A DNA stretch of 64,000 nt, from NCBI GenBank assembly GCA_907165135.1, contig OU015566.1, forward strand, positions 9,548,001 to 9,612,000, in the 5' to 3' direction. The position numbers were made by a program, and so were the translations under genes. Source of the stretch: Oikopleura dioica. Taxonomy: Eukaryota > Animalia > Chordata. The notes beneath the pieces are model-generated. The model did not search any database, was not told the origin of the DNA, and was given only the letters and a program-made list of their open reading frames with translations. The first letter of the stretch is position 1, and every line of letters begins with the position of its first letter. Positions 63,048 to 64,000 of this stretch are shown piece by piece.

Positions 63048-64000
63048 TTAAAGAACTTCTTTTTCGACAGAACCATGCTCGTCGATAGTGATTTTTACAG
63101 AGTGACATGACCAAATTACAAGCGTTTGATTTTCCGATGGATTTTCTTTGAAATCAAGAACGAGATTCAACCATCCTTGCGTTTCTTCTGCTCCAGAAAA
63201 CTCATGCGCAAAAATTGCTGATTTTTTGAATTGGTCAAGTGACAAGGCAACTCCTGAAGTCGTCGATACAAGTCTATCAATAACATCCATAAGACGAAAA
63301 TATGGCCAAATCGGAAGCTCATTCGTTATTTTCTTAATAAAAAATAAGTTTTGAAAACAATGGTGATAACTACCATCGGGAATCCCAAGCAAGATTGACC
63401 ATTCAGAGTCAAATTGACGTTTTGCAAGTCTTCATGAAATGCGAATCTTGTCGTCTCTCGATTAAGTGACCCTTGAAAGGACTCAGTATCCGTGAGCGCA
63501 AAGAAGAGGACATCAGGCGTGTTTCCTCCCTTGATATTATGAAGGGTGATATTTGACGTGTTGGCAGGTAAGTCTCTGGTGGAAACAGTAATTTCCTGGT
63601 ACTTGTATGAAATCGGCTTCGACTTGATTCGAGAAAAATAGTTGCGCATCGAAGGACTTGTTACATATTCACAGAGAGCATAACAATCTTTTATTTCAAG
63701 AGGTTTTCCCTTATGAACAGCTGTGGCTGGGGTTGATCCTATGTAAACCGTAGAAAACTCCGAATTGAGTCGGTTGAATTTGAGTTTCATCGTTGTATTC
63801 AATGGCAGTGGCTTGTTATCCAAGCAGAATCCGTTACTTGGAAAAAATACAAGCTCGTACACATAATAATCGCCATCCTGAGCGCACTGTGGACGTCGTA
63901 ATGTTTGCAGCAGTTCTTTATCAGATTTCCTTTCCAAGTAGTCGTAGACTTCGTGGTCGTAATAGCCTTCAATCTGATACGCTGTCGAAACATAGTCTCG
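63048..64000 (-). CDS. Polinton-type double jelly-roll major capsid protein, 3' part (1 intron)
   Basis: LPLNTTMKLKFNR, FFAL..ESFQGS...TRFAF..LQNVNLTLNG and LNLVLDF..P..N.TLVIW resemble Polinton MCP (recalled pattern). Intron 63333-63373 (41 nt, GT-AG) restores the frame. Confidence 0.78.

Larger units (their letters stand above)
47860..64000. mobile_element. Endogenous Polinton/Maverick-like dsDNA virus (extends beyond window; left border uncertain, possibly as far left as about 45713)
   Basis: Intact pPolB and a double jelly-roll capsid-like gene at the right, preceded by densely packed orphan genes. Integrase, ATPase and protease are not seen in the window. Inclusion of the 47.9-57 kb orphans is inference. 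Confidence 0.7.

Overview
Compact eukaryotic (animal) genomic DNA. Very short introns (about 35-60 nt), several GA-AG/GC-AG/GG-AG introns and chordate-type homologues point to an appendicularian tunicate such as Oikopleura dioica (inference; no search was run). About 1-45.3 kb is host chromosome: MIER-like, NAA40, a zyxin-type LIM gene, NMRK, tRNA-Gln, EIPR1, an Lmx1-type homeobox gene, two inverted calpains around a class A GPCR, a RING gene, SFT2D3, TM9SF2, PRADC1, a short kintoun-like gene, ARL1, a candidate neuropeptide precursor, a serine protease and a GLUT transporter. Three non-autonomous DNA transposons lie in this part; two hAT MITEs sit in coding exons and appear to have become introns. 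From about 45.7-47.9 kb to the window end the sequence looks like an endogenous Polinton/Maverick-type dsDNA virus. Its protein-primed DNA polymerase B is intact but split by eight 38-41 nt GT-AG introns, and its major capsid gene also has an intron. It is accompanied by orphan genes (SUMO-interacting-motif proteins, small membrane proteins), a doubly truncated XRN2 fragment, and a 1.19-kb intron folded into three different hairpins that share one 64-nt loop. Gene names come from recalled motifs and exon structures were assembled by hand, so both need confirmation. The element's boundaries are not established.
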